Notes: a model not told the origin generated them from the sequence alone. A stretch of DNA of 32,307 nt from Candidatus Thorarchaeota archaeon (GCA_011364985.1 RDOC01000009.1:1-32307); one strand, 5' to 3'; positions 1 through 9,522 are shown, counted from the stretch's first letter. A program made the numbers and translations.

Positions 1-313
1 TGCAAGTTACAGGCGAATCCAGCTGTCGTACACCACATTTCGCAATTCTAAGACAGTGGAAACAAGGGCACCCATTCATATCGGAAAGTCTTCCCGAGTC
101 ATCATCTTCACTAAACACTGCCTTGATGATGTATTGTTCTTCCTCTAATTGTTGTTTCTGCACTCTTACCAATCCCTTGGATTCCAATTGCTGTATTGCT
201 TCAGCAACTCCTTCTTTGTCAATGCCAAGACTAGTCGCCAGTTCGTCTATGAAAAGACCTCTCTCCCCAGCCGCTTTCAGAGCGCTTAGTGTGTGGTTGA
301 TTTCACCTTTCAT
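1..313 (-). CDS. RPC34/RPC39-like winged-helix + Fe-S cluster protein (TFE beta subunit homolog), 3'-partial
   Basis: Not in the ORF track because it runs off the edge. Manual translation from ATG at 313 gives MKGEINHTLSALKAAGERGLFIDELATSLGIDKEGVAEAIQQLESKGLVRV...MNGCPCFHCLRIAKCGVRQLDSPVTC: a wHTH followed by the CPCxxC...C...SPxxC motif of RPC34-family proteins. Confidence 0.85.
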   Translation of the reverse strand, partial: MKGEINHTLSALKAAGERGLFIDELATSLGIDKEGVAEAIQQLESKGLVRVQKQQLEEEQYIIKAVFSEDDDSGRLSDMNGCPCFHCLRIAKCGVRQLDSPVTC

Positions 314-443
314 TCAGATGACCTTTGGCTAACGCATGGCAACATCGGACATTCGACACGGAGTGATATTTAGATTTCGGAAGCGGCTTCACAGTTCTGC
401 GATGCAGCGTGCGACTAGATTCAGTGATGTACAAAAGCGAGCG

Positions 444-686
444 TCATTTTTTCCTTACGAAAAGATATAGGTTTTGACCCAAGTACTTCTCAGGAGAAGT
501 CCCCTTCAGAGGGCGGACTGCTACAAATGGCGATTTTACTGGGCCAAAGACATCAGTAATTGACCCTACCGTTTCCGCGTTCTTATCTACAACTACTGCA
601 CGCTCTCCTGAGGGAGGAGTGTTCTCGGCTCTGATAATCAAGGAACCGCGTTTTGACATGTGTAGGACCTTACCAAGCCTTCTCAA
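444..686 (-). CDS. gar1: H/ACA RNP protein Gar1/Naf1
   Basis: MRRLGKVLH...VGSITDVFGPVKSPFVAVRP is the archaeal Gar1 signature; adjacent to srp19. Confidence 0.93.
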   Translation of the reverse strand: MRRLGKVLHMSKRGSLIIRAENTPPSGERAVVVDKNAETVGSITDVFGPVKSPFVAVRPLKGTSPEKYLGQNLYLFVRKK

Positions 687-714
687 GTTCTAACCTCCAG
701 CAAGAGCACATGGA

Positions 715-1074
715 CTATCGTTTCTTCCCTTTCTTCGCCTTTTTCCCTTTATTTGCCGAAGCTTGTTTTGCTGACTCCCGTTGTGCAGTAACCCTTCGGA
801 CACCTTTCGCAAGCATCAGCAGAAGCCGTTTCTTCTTATGACCATCAGGATTTTTCAGCATCAAGTAGCCAGATGGTCCAGCCCATTTTCGTGGGTATTT
901 CTTTTCGGGACTATCTTCGTAATCAAAGCCGGCCATGTCAGCAGCTTCCTTCAAGGCATTTAGGGTGACATCTGGAGCAGTGAGATTCTTGGGTATTTTA
1001 CGCCCTTTGGTTCTACTCAGGTTGGAATCAAGATAGGCAGGCCAAACAATAATCGCATCTTCGTGTTTTCTCAT
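715..1074 (-). CDS. srp19: Signal recognition particle protein SRP19
   Basis: IIVWPAYLDSNLSRTKGRKIPK and KKYPRKW motifs, with a basic C-terminal tail. ATG at 1074 chosen; the ORF opens at TTG 1080. Confidence 0.95.
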   Translation of the reverse strand: MRKHEDAIIVWPAYLDSNLSRTKGRKIPKNLTAPDVTLNALKEAADMAGFDYEDSPEKKYPRKWAGPSGYLMLKNPDGHKKKRLLLMLAKGVRRVTAQRESAKQASANKGKKAKKGKKR

Positions 1075-1231
1075 GACCAAGAAATTCCTTGTACGTTGTC
1101 CTTGCTATTTCATAACTGGGAGTTTTTTATCTTTGCTCTCTAGCAGATTCAAACCATAACTCAGAAGAGGGAACTATACAACAAAGAGCTTCATAAGAAG
1201 AATTGATTCAAGACCGGGAATAGGAGCTGTT

Positions 1232-1726
1232 TTGCAGTTGGCAAGAAAGAGCAAAGATGTGTATTTTTGTGAGATAGCCGATTTAGTTTCATCGAGGAGC
1301 ACATGCCTAAGGAATCAGGTCGGAGCAGTAATTGTCAGAAACTCTCAGATTTTAAGCACAGGATATAACGGTGCACCCAAAGGTCTTCCTCATTGTGAAG
1401 ACGTCGGCTGCATAAGAGAAGAGCTAGGAATCAATCCCGGAGAAAGACATGAACTATGCCGAGGATTACATGCAGAACAGAATGCAGTGATTCAGGCGGC
1501 ATATAATGGATTGAGTGTGAAAGATGCCAAGATATTCTGCACAACTCAACCATGTAGTATTTGCACAAAGATTCTCATCAATGCAGGTATTGTAGAAGTG
1601 ATATACATCGAACCGTATGAAGACGATTTAGCAGCTCAGTTGATTGAAGAAGCAGGCTTGAAGACAAGACAGGTCAAGATACCAAGACGGTATGGCAGAA
1701 ATGTAACGGAAAGAAGAGAATTATGA
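1232..1726 (+). CDS. dCMP deaminase (cytidine/deoxycytidylate deaminase family)
   Basis: [22 protein letters not shown], and the HAEQNA and PCSIC zinc-deaminase motifs. Confidence 0.93.
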   Translation: MQLARKSKDVYFCEIADLVSSRSTCLRNQVGAVIVRNSQILSTGYNGAPKGLPHCEDVGCIREELGINPGERHELCRGLHAEQNAVIQAAYNGLSVKDAKIFCTTQPCSICTKILINAGIVEVIYIEPYEDDLAAQLIEEAGLKTRQVKIPRRYGRNVTERREL

Positions 1727-1790
1727 AGTAGGAAGGATTAAGAATCATAAGGGAACAAATGCACTCCCAAGAGTTGAAGGAAGTCACTCT

Positions 1791-2705
1791 ATGGGAAGAA
1801 TCTACAATCTGATTAGTATTCAGGACCTGAGCCGCGAAACCATCGATTTGATTTTGGACACTGCACATAAGATGGAGTCTGTCGCGGCAGAAAGAAGTAA
1901 TGAACTCAGTAACAAGATAATGGCAGTTCTGTTCTTTGAGGCGTCGACACGAACTCGGCTTTCCTTTGAGAGTGCTATGCTACGCCTTGGAGGCAGCGTT
2001 CTTGGTTTTGCCGATGTAACAACGTCCTCAGCAGGCGTCAAGGGAGAAACTCTTGCGGATACAATTCGAACTGTCGAGAGATATGCAGACATTATAGTCA
2101 TTCGTCATCCTCTTGATGGCTCCGCAAGAGTAGCAGCTGAGTTTTCGGCGATCCCAGTGATTAATGCAGGAAGTGGAGCAGAAGAGCATCCTACTCAGGC
2201 GCTCCTTGATCTGTATTCGATTAAGAAAATGAAAGGAAAGATAGATGGCCTATTCATTTCTCTGTGTGGAGATCTACGTTATGGCCGTACTGTGCATTCT
2301 TTGGGTATGGCACTGGCAAACTACGACGTTAGCATCAATCTTGCGGCACCGGAGTCTCTTAGGATGAAACCTGCAATCGTAGATGAGATGAGAAAGGCTG
2401 GGCTAAAGGTGAGAGAAGTAAACTCCATGGACGAGGCTCTCAAAGATGCGGATGTAGTCTACATGACAAGAATTCAGAAGGAACGATTTCCTGATGTAAG
2501 AGAGTATACTGCTGTGCAGGGCAAGTTTCGAATTGACTCCGATGATGTTGCCAAAATGAAGAGAGATGCTATAATTCTCCATCCACTTCCAAGAGTTGAT
2601 GAACTGGATGCATCGATAGATACGGCTCCTCAAGCGAAGTACTTCGACCAAGTGTATAATGGAGTCGTTACAAGGATGGCTATTCTGAAGCTAATACTCA
2701 GCTAG
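1791..2705 (+). CDS. pyrB: Aspartate carbamoyltransferase catalytic subunit
   Basis: FFEASTRTRLSFE, HPTQALLD, GDLRYGRTVHSL, YMTRIQKER and HPLPR motifs. Confidence 0.98.
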   Translation: MGRIYNLISIQDLSRETIDLILDTAHKMESVAAERSNELSNKIMAVLFFEASTRTRLSFESAMLRLGGSVLGFADVTTSSAGVKGETLADTIRTVERYADIIVIRHPLDGSARVAAEFSAIPVINAGSGAEEHPTQALLDLYSIKKMKGKIDGLFISLCGDLRYGRTVHSLGMALANYDVSINLAAPESLRMKPAIVDEMRKAGLKVREVNSMDEALKDADVVYMTRIQKERFPDVREYTAVQGKFRIDSDDVAKMKRDAIILHPLPRVDELDASIDTAPQAKYFDQVYNGVVTRMAILKLILS

Positions 2706-3423
2706 GGGTTATTGCACGAAGTTCCTTAATCAACGAATCAATAGAACCGATCTTGCTTACAGCTAGGGGAATTCGCATCTGTTCGGACAAGTCTAGGGCG
2801 AGTCTATCTACTGTTCCAACTCCATGAAGTATAACAAGTGTTGGTTTAAACTCCTGTGACTTGATTGCTATCATCGGTGCCCGACCGGTATTTGCCTTTG
2901 AAAAAACAAGACACCGTTCAGTAGTCGCCCCGAAAAGCTTGAGGAAAGCTTCGCTGGAAAGCTCCCTCACAGCACGTTCAACGTCAACTAATGTGTAGCC
3001 GTATATCTCCCTTTCCAGAAGTTCTTTGCAAGTCAATACATTACACTTGAGCCTCGTGCAGAATTCCCGAATTGTCATCGATGAGTGGAAGTCGCTCATG
3101 GCTAGCACAATGTTCAAGTCAACTAGGCTCACGTCCATAAGACGGACATAGGCCGCAATCACTTGTCCACCATTTCGTTCATCAAGAGCAAGAAGAGCCA
3201 TCACAAATCGTCTAATTGTGGATGTACCAGGTGATTTCCTTCGGCCAGACTCATAATCGCTAATGACGCTCGGACTGATTCCAAGATAGTCTGCAAGCTC
3301 TATCTGTGGCAGTCTGAACCGTTCTCTCCACAAACGCATAGTTTGCCCCGGATGGTCAGAAAGAGCTATCTCGCCAGCTATTCGCCGGGCAAGACGCTCT
3401 CTCACAGACGATTGCATTGACAT
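2698..3423 (-). CDS. Conserved archaeal XRE-type HTH transcriptional regulator
   Basis: RIAGEIALSDHPGQTMRLWRERF...ISPSVISDYESGRRKSPG is a conserved archaeal HTH N-terminus; C-terminal GRAPMIAIK motif. Confidence 0.85.
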   Translation of the reverse strand: MSMQSSVRERLARRIAGEIALSDHPGQTMRLWRERFRLPQIELADYLGISPSVISDYESGRRKSPGTSTIRRFVMALLALDERNGGQVIAAYVRLMDVSLVDLNIVLAMSDFHSSMTIREFCTRLKCNVLTCKELLEREIYGYTLVDVERAVRELSSEAFLKLFGATTERCLVFSKANTGRAPMIAIKSQEFKPTLVILHGVGTVDRLALDLSEQMRIPLAVSKIGSIDSLIKELRAITPS

Positions 3424-3540
3424 TATCCATTCAAAAGATACGTTTGGACATAAGGATTTCGACTATTGCCGAAGTAGTATCTTAACGACTTGCAAGTCGG
3501 AAATGAATAGCAGTCCAGCCTCTTACGAGTCTAGAAAGAA

Positions 3541-3679
3541 TGGTGGGCCGGGGGCGATTCGAACGCCCGATCCCCTGGAAACTTGCTTGCGGACTCAATC
3601 ATCAGCAAGTCCCAAACCAGGAATCATTTTTGGCAATTAGTCGGAATGGCCAACCGTAGCCAAGCTAGACCACCGACCC
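3541..3679 (-). tRNA. tRNA-Pro(TGG) with two introns (D-loop intron 3628-3657; canonical 37/38 intron 3580-3610), CCA encoded
   Basis: Acceptor stem GGGTCGG/CCGGCCC, T-arm GGGCG-TTCGAAT-CGCCC, anticodon stem CCTGG/CCAGG with loop TTTGGG|T. Removing both BHB-bounded inserts gives a 78-nt cloverleaf. Confidence 0.92.
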
Positions 3680-3758
3680 ATTGGACAATCGCAGAGTCTT
3701 TACTTTGCGGTTATAAGAATAACGGAAAACATCGACTTGGATTGCTTTTGCCGACTTC

Positions 3759-5513
3759 TTACGCAGTCTTCTGCTTCTCAAGAACAACGCCCTGATATGG
3801 CTGAAGGGTTATTGTTGAGGAGTGAATCGGTCTTGAACCTCTAAGTGTAGAGAAAAGCACCCTATCGTAGTTCCCGGGCGTTCTATTCTCAATTTGCTTT
3901 CTGGAGAAATTCAGCCATACTTCCACAGACTGATGATCATACTTGCGTTCGTATACTAGAAGCTCTTTCTTATTTGCGGAGGGTTCCACAAGGTTCATTG
4001 AACCTGAGTGGAGAGCGGGCGTATCCCTTCTAAGTCTTAGAAGAGCCTTATAGCAGTTTAGAAGCGAGTCTGGGTTCGGCTCCTCTGCGCGAACGTTTAT
4101 GGTTTCATGCTGTGGTCCCACAGGTAGCCATGGTTCCACTTCTGCCGGACAAAATCCTGCATGAGAGGAAGAGTCCCACTGCATTGGCGTTCTACATTCA
4201 TCTCGATTCAGTAAAACGGAACCGTTTCTTGTAAGTAGATTGACAAAGAATTGAGGCAGCCAGCTGAATCTGACAGCCACAGGGTCCTGTGCGCCTTTAA
4301 GAGGAAATTTTGAATTAACCAGTCCGATTTCTTCTCCGTAGTAGATGAAAGGAACCCCTCTTGCGGTAAGCTGTAGTGTTGCATTGAGTTTTGCCTTTGA
4401 CTGGTCATTGCTGAGTTTGCTAATTCGGCGTGTTTGATCATGGTTGGAGAAAACCCACGTTGGGATATAGGGTTCCGGGAAGTGTTGTTCGTATCTTGAG
4501 ATAAGATTTCGAAATGCTTGTGCGTCCAATCTTGCATTGAGAGATTGAAGATGAAATGTTAGATGAAGACCGTTCGTCGCATTTCCTTCTGCCTCACCGT
4601 AGTATCGCCGTAGGGTCTCAAGTGATGCCCCAACTTCGCCAACCAAGAAACGTTCCGGATCGGAGAACTCGTTCATGACTTTTCGGAGCTCTTTTACAAA
4701 GACAAAATTGTCGGGATGATTAATGGTATGAACATGGTCCTGAAAGAAACTTCTCCTATTGTCTTCCGAAGGGAGGAATTGTAGTGCGAAGGGATTATTC
4801 TTGCCTACATCCGTGCCTTCGTAGATTGTGTTAATTATGTCGAGCCGGAACCCATCAATCCCCTTGTCTAGCCAATAGCGAACTGTGTCAAACATCTCCT
4901 CCTTGACCTTTGGATTGCGGTAGTTCAGATCCGGCTGAAAGGGCAGGAACTGGGCCCAGTACCACTGTTCTGTCAAATCATCATAGTGCCAGCCAGAACC
5001 TCCCACCATTGAAAGCCAGTTATTCGGAGGCTTTTTTCCTCCAGGTTTTCGCCCATCGCACCATATGTACCAGTCCCGTTTTTGGTTTTCTCTACTCGAA
5101 CGTGATTCCAAGAACCACGGATGTTGGTTACTGGTGTGATTGAGAACCATATCGAGGACTATGCGCATATCGCGGCTGTGTATCTCCTCTATTAACCTGT
5201 TACAATCGGCCATTGTTCCATATTCGGGTGCAATGCTTCTATAGCCGCTGATATCATAGCCATGATCTGCCTGCGGACTGGCAAAAAAGGGAGAGAACCA
5301 TATTGTTTCGATGCCCAGGTCTTGCAGGTAATCCAGTTTTGATATTATACCAGGAATATCCCCAATTCCATTATTCGAGCTGTCCTTGTAGCTTCGGGGA
5401 TATACCTGATATATTGTGGTTTTCTTCCACCATACCAGTTTGTCTACCCAGTTCTCAGGCAAATGCAATACCTCGCATAACCGGGATGAGAAGCTCCTTT
5501 TGTCATTTCTCAC
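3759..5513 (-). CDS. GH13 alpha-glucosidase / oligo-1,6-glucosidase family
   Basis: YQVYPRSY, DMVLNHTS, QPDLN, catalytic GFRLD / VGE / SNHD, YYGEEIG and RDECRTPMQW. The true start may lie downstream. Confidence 0.95.
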   Translation of the reverse strand: MRNDKRSFSSRLCEVLHLPENWVDKLVWWKKTTIYQVYPRSYKDSSNNGIGDIPGIISKLDYLQDLGIETIWFSPFFASPQADHGYDISGYRSIAPEYGTMADCNRLIEEIHSRDMRIVLDMVLNHTSNQHPWFLESRSSRENQKRDWYIWCDGRKPGGKKPPNNWLSMVGGSGWHYDDLTEQWYWAQFLPFQPDLNYRNPKVKEEMFDTVRYWLDKGIDGFRLDIINTIYEGTDVGKNNPFALQFLPSEDNRRSFFQDHVHTINHPDNFVFVKELRKVMNEFSDPERFLVGEVGASLETLRRYYGEAEGNATNGLHLTFHLQSLNARLDAQAFRNLISRYEQHFPEPYIPTWVFSNHDQTRRISKLSNDQSKAKLNATLQLTARGVPFIYYGEEIGLVNSKFPLKGAQDPVAVRFSWLPQFFVNLLTRNGSVLLNRDECRTPMQWDSSSHAGFCPAEVEPWLPVGPQHETINVRAEEPNPDSLLNCYKALLRLRRDTPALHSGSMNLVEPSANKKELLVYERKYDHQSVEVWLNFSRKQIENRTPGNYDRVLFSTLRGSRPIHSSTITLQPYQGVVLEKQKTA

Positions 5514-5564
5514 TCATGCGAAAGGTCATAACGTAAGGCTCTAACAAAGGAATAGGTGTAACAG

Positions 5565-5789
5565 ATGAGCCTTCTCGGTCCTGATGATTTTGACCTTGGA
5601 AGAAAGGAACGTAAGAAGAAATTGGCCAAGGACTTGGCACCAGAAGTCTGCAGACAAATCGAGAGATGGCTAGAACTTGAAGATGATAAAGAAGCGCTGC
5701 ACAGAATCTCAGAGCTTGTGGGCCCCGAAGAAGCGAACAGGCTGATTGCAAAGAAAAGGCTGAAGGCGCGAAAAGGGTCTCTCCAATGA
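5565..5789 (+). CDS. Small charged hypothetical protein
   Basis: 74-aa ORF with ATG start preceded by AGGTG, 10 nt before the next gene; protein-like charged helical composition. Confidence 0.65.
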   Translation: MSLLGPDDFDLGRKERKKKLAKDLAPEVCRQIERWLELEDDKEALHRISELVGPEEANRLIAKKRLKARKGSLQ

Positions 5790-5799
5790 CCCTTAGTGG

Positions 5800-6180
5800 A
5801 TGATTGTGATGTCAGAAGAAAGTCAGAGGAAAGTGGCAGAGATGGCAAAGAACTCTGGGGACTTGCAGACATCCCTAGCAATCATCCGAACAATTGAAGC
5901 CGAGAAGAGAACACATCTTGCACAGCTTCGCACTGGCTTTGGTGTGCTTACAATCCCGCTTTCACTTCTCACCATCCTGATTGCGACTTCGAAGTACTAC
6001 ATAGTTGAAGACGTGCTCGCTCTCATCATAGCTCTCATTGCTGGAATCATAGGTCTCGGAGTCATGGGGAGCTACCTTGTTGCAACAGCACTGTTGAAGC
6101 TTCGCAAGTCTGAGAAACTGAAGAATGATACCTGCAGCAGTACAGAAAGACTCCTGAGAAATTATGAAGCGGAGTCTTAG
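5800..6180 (+). CDS. DUF202/YidH-like small membrane protein
   Basis: RTIEAEKRTHLAQLRTG resembles the R..LA.ERT.LAW.RT DUF202 motif; two hydrophobic helices follow. Confidence 0.75.
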   Translation: MIVMSEESQRKVAEMAKNSGDLQTSLAIIRTIEAEKRTHLAQLRTGFGVLTIPLSLLTILIATSKYYIVEDVLALIIALIAGIIGLGVMGSYLVATALLKLRKSEKLKNDTCSSTERLLRNYEAES

Positions 6181-6294
6181 GCTGTCAGCTACTGAAGGAA
6201 GAACAGAAATAAGATTATAGCAGTGTGTGATCTATAACATCTAAAAGCATCAGATTGTCCTCTTGGAATGAGCCAAGTCCTATGGACAATCTTC

Positions 6295-6307
6295 GAAAGC
6301 TTTATCT
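6295..6307 (+). promoter_or_regulatory. BRE/TATA-like promoter of tRNA-Thr
   Basis: GAAAGCTTTATCT lies about 30 nt upstream of the mature tRNA 5' end. Confidence 0.55.
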
Positions 6308-6337
6308 CAGTAACTTGGTCGCAACCCTATTACCATT

Positions 6338-6415
6338 GCCCCTGTAGCTTAGCTCGGTTAGATCGCCTCCTTGGTAAGGAGGAGGCCGCGGGTTCAAATC
6401 CCGCCAGGGGCTCCA
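6338..6415 (+). tRNA. tRNA-Thr(GGT), CCA encoded
   Basis: Acceptor stem GCCCCTG/CAGGGGC, anticodon arm CCTCC-TTGGTAA-GGAGG, T-arm GCGGG-TTCAAAT-CCCGC. Confidence 0.96.
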
Positions 6416-6431
6416 CTCATTTTTGTTCTGC

Positions 6432-7142
6432 TCAATTTTGCACACCTAGGAAAAGACTTTCCCTAGAAAGACATGGCTCAAGAAGTCTAGGTGTCAATCC
6501 GTTGCCCTTCATAAGGGACATGAAGGTGGCCCTTGAGAATATGCCCATTGGACTAGGGTCCACAAAATGCTCAACACCCTTCTCTGTTGCTAAAAGAAAA
6601 TGGAAATTGAGATAAGCAATGTCGCCCTCGATTGTGCTGGTATTGACACGAGCCAGCTTGACCTCTGGTCTGTCTACGCAGCTGATTCCCGTTGACCCAT
6701 GATGAACTGTTTCCTTTGTAAAGAGGGGCTCAATTAGGACGACACCACCGGGAACTAGATGTTTCGAAAACGCATTGATCGCATGGCTGAGCTCCTCGAT
6801 TGTAGTAAGGTACGTAATGGATCCAAACAAGCAGGTTATCACATCAAACTTCTTGCCTAGATTCATGGTTGTCATGCTTTCGTGTATCAATTCGATTCCA
6901 GGCAGCCTCGCTCTCGCGATCTCTATCATCTCCTTACTAACATCAAGACCAGTTATATTGTATCTCTCTTTGAGGTGAATCAAATGGCTGCCAGTGCCGC
7001 ATGCGGTATCAAGTAAAGCGTTGCCTTGAGAGGTCTTGTATTCCTGGACAATCTGGTGGATTTTGTCAGCCTCTGCCTTGTAATCTTTGAGGTCATAAAT
7101 CAAATCATAGTACTTCGCAAGTTTCCCATAGAAGACTGTCAT
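6432..7142 (-). CDS. Class I SAM-dependent methyltransferase
   Basis: LLDTACGTG, GLDVSKEMI, FDVITCLFGSITYL and HLVPGG motifs; likely start ATG 7142 (MTVFYGKLAKYYDLIY). Confidence 0.92.
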   Translation of the reverse strand: MTVFYGKLAKYYDLIYDLKDYKAEADKIHQIVQEYKTSQGNALLDTACGTGSHLIHLKERYNITGLDVSKEMIEIARARLPGIELIHESMTTMNLGKKFDVITCLFGSITYLTTIEELSHAINAFSKHLVPGGVVLIEPLFTKETVHHGSTGISCVDRPEVKLARVNTSTIEGDIAYLNFHFLLATEKGVEHFVDPSPMGIFSRATFMSLMKGNGLTPRLLEPCLSRESLFLGVQN

Positions 7143-7275
7143 AATTCGCATCCAACATGACCTAGAGATAAATTGTGTGCAAACTGGAAAGCAAACAGAA
7201 GAGGAAAGATAGAAACGCATTTAGGAACTGCATCTTGAGAACTCAGTTGAGCAAGAAAGACGGAACTGGAGAATC

Positions 7276-8268
7276 ATGTCAATAGTATGTCTTGGCATCG
7301 AGGGAACCGCACATTCATTCGGAGCGGGATTGGTCTCCAGTAAGGGAGAGGTGCTCTCGAATGTGTGGGACATGTTCTCTCCTGAAGAAGGAGGAATACA
7401 CCCCCGAGAGGCAAGCCGTCATCATTCGGACCTTGGTCCTAAGATAATTGGAGAAGCAATAGAGAAGGCAGGAGTGACTTTTGAAAATGTAGATTTGATT
7501 GCATTTTCTAGAGGCCCGGGGCTTGGCCCATGCCTACGAACAACTGCAACAGTAGCGCGCACATTGGCCTTGAAGCTCTCCATTCCGCTAATTGGAGTCA
7601 ATCATTGCGTTGCGCACATTGAGATAGGATGCCTTGAATCGCGCTTTGAAGACCCAGTGACAGTCTACGTGTCAGGTGGGAACACGCAAGTCATCGCCTA
7701 CGCGGGAAGACGGTTCAGAACCTTTGGAGAAACTTTGGACATAGCAATAGGAAACATGCTAGATACCTTTGGGAGAGAGGCCGGAATGCGCTTTCCAGCG
7801 GGGCCAAGGATAGAAATCGAAGCCAAGCAAGGGAGGAATTACCATACATTGCCCTACTCCGTGAAGGGCATGGATCTGAGTTACTCTGGAATGCTAACAG
7901 CCGCAAAAAGACTTCATTCCGAGGGGATTCCACTCAATGATGTCTGTTTCAGTGTTCAAGAAACGGCATTTGGTATGCTGGCGGAGATATCAGAAAGAGC
8001 AATTGCGCATACCAAGAAGAAAGAACTGCTTCTCACTGGAGGAGTTGCGAGGAATAATCGACTTACAGAGATTCTTAGGGGAGTCGCCAAGCGACACGAT
8101 GCGAAGTTCCATAGAGTGACGCCATCTCTAGCAGGGGATCAAGGAGCGATGATAGCTTGGACAGGGATCCTGCAGTACCAAGTAGGAGATGTCATAGAAG
8201 TAGCGGAATCACAGGTCTTGCCAAAATGGCGTACGGATGACCAAGATATTCTATGGAGGGGGGAATGA
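7276..8268 (+). CDS. kae1: KEOPS subunit Kae1, tRNA N6-adenosine threonylcarbamoyltransferase
   Basis: LGIEGTAH, GGIHPREA, GPGLGPCL, VNHCVAHIEIG, YVSGGNTQ and GETLDIAIGN motifs. Confidence 0.98.
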   Translation: MSIVCLGIEGTAHSFGAGLVSSKGEVLSNVWDMFSPEEGGIHPREASRHHSDLGPKIIGEAIEKAGVTFENVDLIAFSRGPGLGPCLRTTATVARTLALKLSIPLIGVNHCVAHIEIGCLESRFEDPVTVYVSGGNTQVIAYAGRRFRTFGETLDIAIGNMLDTFGREAGMRFPAGPRIEIEAKQGRNYHTLPYSVKGMDLSYSGMLTAAKRLHSEGIPLNDVCFSVQETAFGMLAEISERAIAHTKKKELLLTGGVARNNRLTEILRGVAKRHDAKFHRVTPSLAGDQGAMIAWTGILQYQVGDVIEVAESQVLPKWRTDDQDILWRGE

Positions 8269-8894
8269 TAGACGAACCATGGACATTAGGTGCTGAGTCG
8301 GTGATTTACAAGATTGAGAGATGGGGACAGATTCTGCTCTTGAAGCAGCGGCCAAAGAAGCCGTACCTACTGCAAGCCATCGATGCTCAACTTCGACAAT
8401 CTCGGACATCGCGAGAATGTAAAATGCTTAATGTGGCAAGGGGTTTGGGAATTCCGACTCCTGCAGTTCACTGGGTAGATAGATCATCTTTTACCATTGC
8501 AATGGACTATATAGAAGGAACCCGACTCAGGGAGTTAGTCCAAGATGTACCTCCCAAAACACTTGAGAAGCTATGTGTGAGATTAGGTAGGCTTGTTGGT
8601 CTTCTTCACATGGGAGATGTAGTCCATGGAGACCCCACGACAAGTAATGTTATCGTTGATAGGATTGGAAAAATGTGGTTGATCGACTTTGGACTGGCAG
8701 AGATGAACGCAACCACAGAAATGAAGGGAGTGGATTTGCATCTCATGAAAAGAGCATTTGAAACAACCCACTGGGATATTCAAAATGAGATGCTTGATGC
8801 TGCTCTGACAGGATACAAACAAACTCTCGGCGAGAATGCAAATTCAATTATCGTAAGAATGGAAGAGATTCGTGAACGGGGACGATATCATTAG
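8265..8894 (+). CDS. bud32: KEOPS kinase Bud32
   Basis: GAE, HGDPTTSN, IDFGL, VDLH and the C-terminal RGRY; ATGA overlap with the kae1 stop. Confidence 0.96.
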   Translation: MIDEPWTLGAESVIYKIERWGQILLLKQRPKKPYLLQAIDAQLRQSRTSRECKMLNVARGLGIPTPAVHWVDRSSFTIAMDYIEGTRLRELVQDVPPKTLEKLCVRLGRLVGLLHMGDVVHGDPTTSNVIVDRIGKMWLIDFGLAEMNATTEMKGVDLHLMKRAFETTHWDIQNEMLDAALTGYKQTLGENANSIIVRMEEIRERGRYH

Positions 8895-8949
8895 ATATGT
8901 GAGCCTTCCATTTCTCAACCGAAGGGCATGTATCGAAAATGACGCACGA

Positions 8950-8963
8950 CAATGTTTATATCA
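8950..8963 (+). promoter_or_regulatory. TATA-like box upstream of rps15
   Basis: CAATGTTTATATCA lies in the intergenic region about 70 nt before the ATG. Confidence 0.5.
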
Positions 8964-9027
8964 GAAGTGTCAGGGCATGGGGCAGACCCGGTTTCTTGGG
9001 GCGTATTACACCTTAGAGGAAAGCCCG

Positions 9028-9489
9028 ATGGCAAGAATGCATACAAGACGCAAAGGACAGTCTGGTAGCAGACGACCGTCTACATTGAGAATCCCTGAGT
9101 GGATGGACAAGGAGAAGGATGCAGAGTGGGTGGAGAATAAGGTGATTGAATTGGCAAAAGCTGGAAACAGCCCCTCGATGATAGGCATGATTTTGCGGGA
9201 TCAATATGGTGTGCCCCTAGTTCGAGTGATTGCACAAAAGAGAATTCTTAACATAATTCACGAAAACAATCTGGAACGACAAGTTCCCGAAGACCTTCGA
9301 AACCTTATAGCAAAGGCTCTACGAATCCGGAAACACATGGAAGAGAATAAGCGAGATTTCGTATCCAAACGAGGCCTTCAACTTATCGAGAGCAAGATAC
9401 ACCGACTCTCGAAATACTACAGAAAGAAACGTGTCTTGCCTGCTGATTGGAAGTATAGTCCAGACCAAGCAGCCGTTCTTCTCAGGTAG
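9028..9489 (+). CDS. rps15: 30S ribosomal protein S15 (uS15/S13e)
   Basis: MARMHTRRKGQSGS, IGMILRDQYG, PEDL and LIESKIHRLSKYY. The start is the ATG at 9028, not the ORF-track start. Confidence 0.98.
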   Translation: MARMHTRRKGQSGSRRPSTLRIPEWMDKEKDAEWVENKVIELAKAGNSPSMIGMILRDQYGVPLVRVIAQKRILNIIHENNLERQVPEDLRNLIAKALRIRKHMEENKRDFVSKRGLQLIESKIHRLSKYYRKKRVLPADWKYSPDQAAVLLR

Positions 9490-9522
9490 CCTTATTATCG
9501 GCAACTGCTAATTGCTCTCAAG

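Noticed and set aside
123-332. ORF-track 69-aa ORF and many other short overlapping ORFs (e.g. 5510-5881, 6268-6615, 12637-12981, 17990-18370, 28176-28601)
   Set aside because: They are antisense or out-of-frame shadows of well-supported genes or tRNAs.
6338-6415. tRNA-Thr as a pseudogene because of a D-stem mismatch (C11 opposite T24)
   Set aside because: All other arms are perfect, and CCA and a TATA-like promoter are present.
8872-9027. N-terminal extension of S15 (similar extensions appear in the ORF-track calls at 6432-7220, 13061, 14290 and 26014)
   Set aside because: Family-typical N-termini start at downstream ATGs, and the S15 extension spans a TATA-like box.
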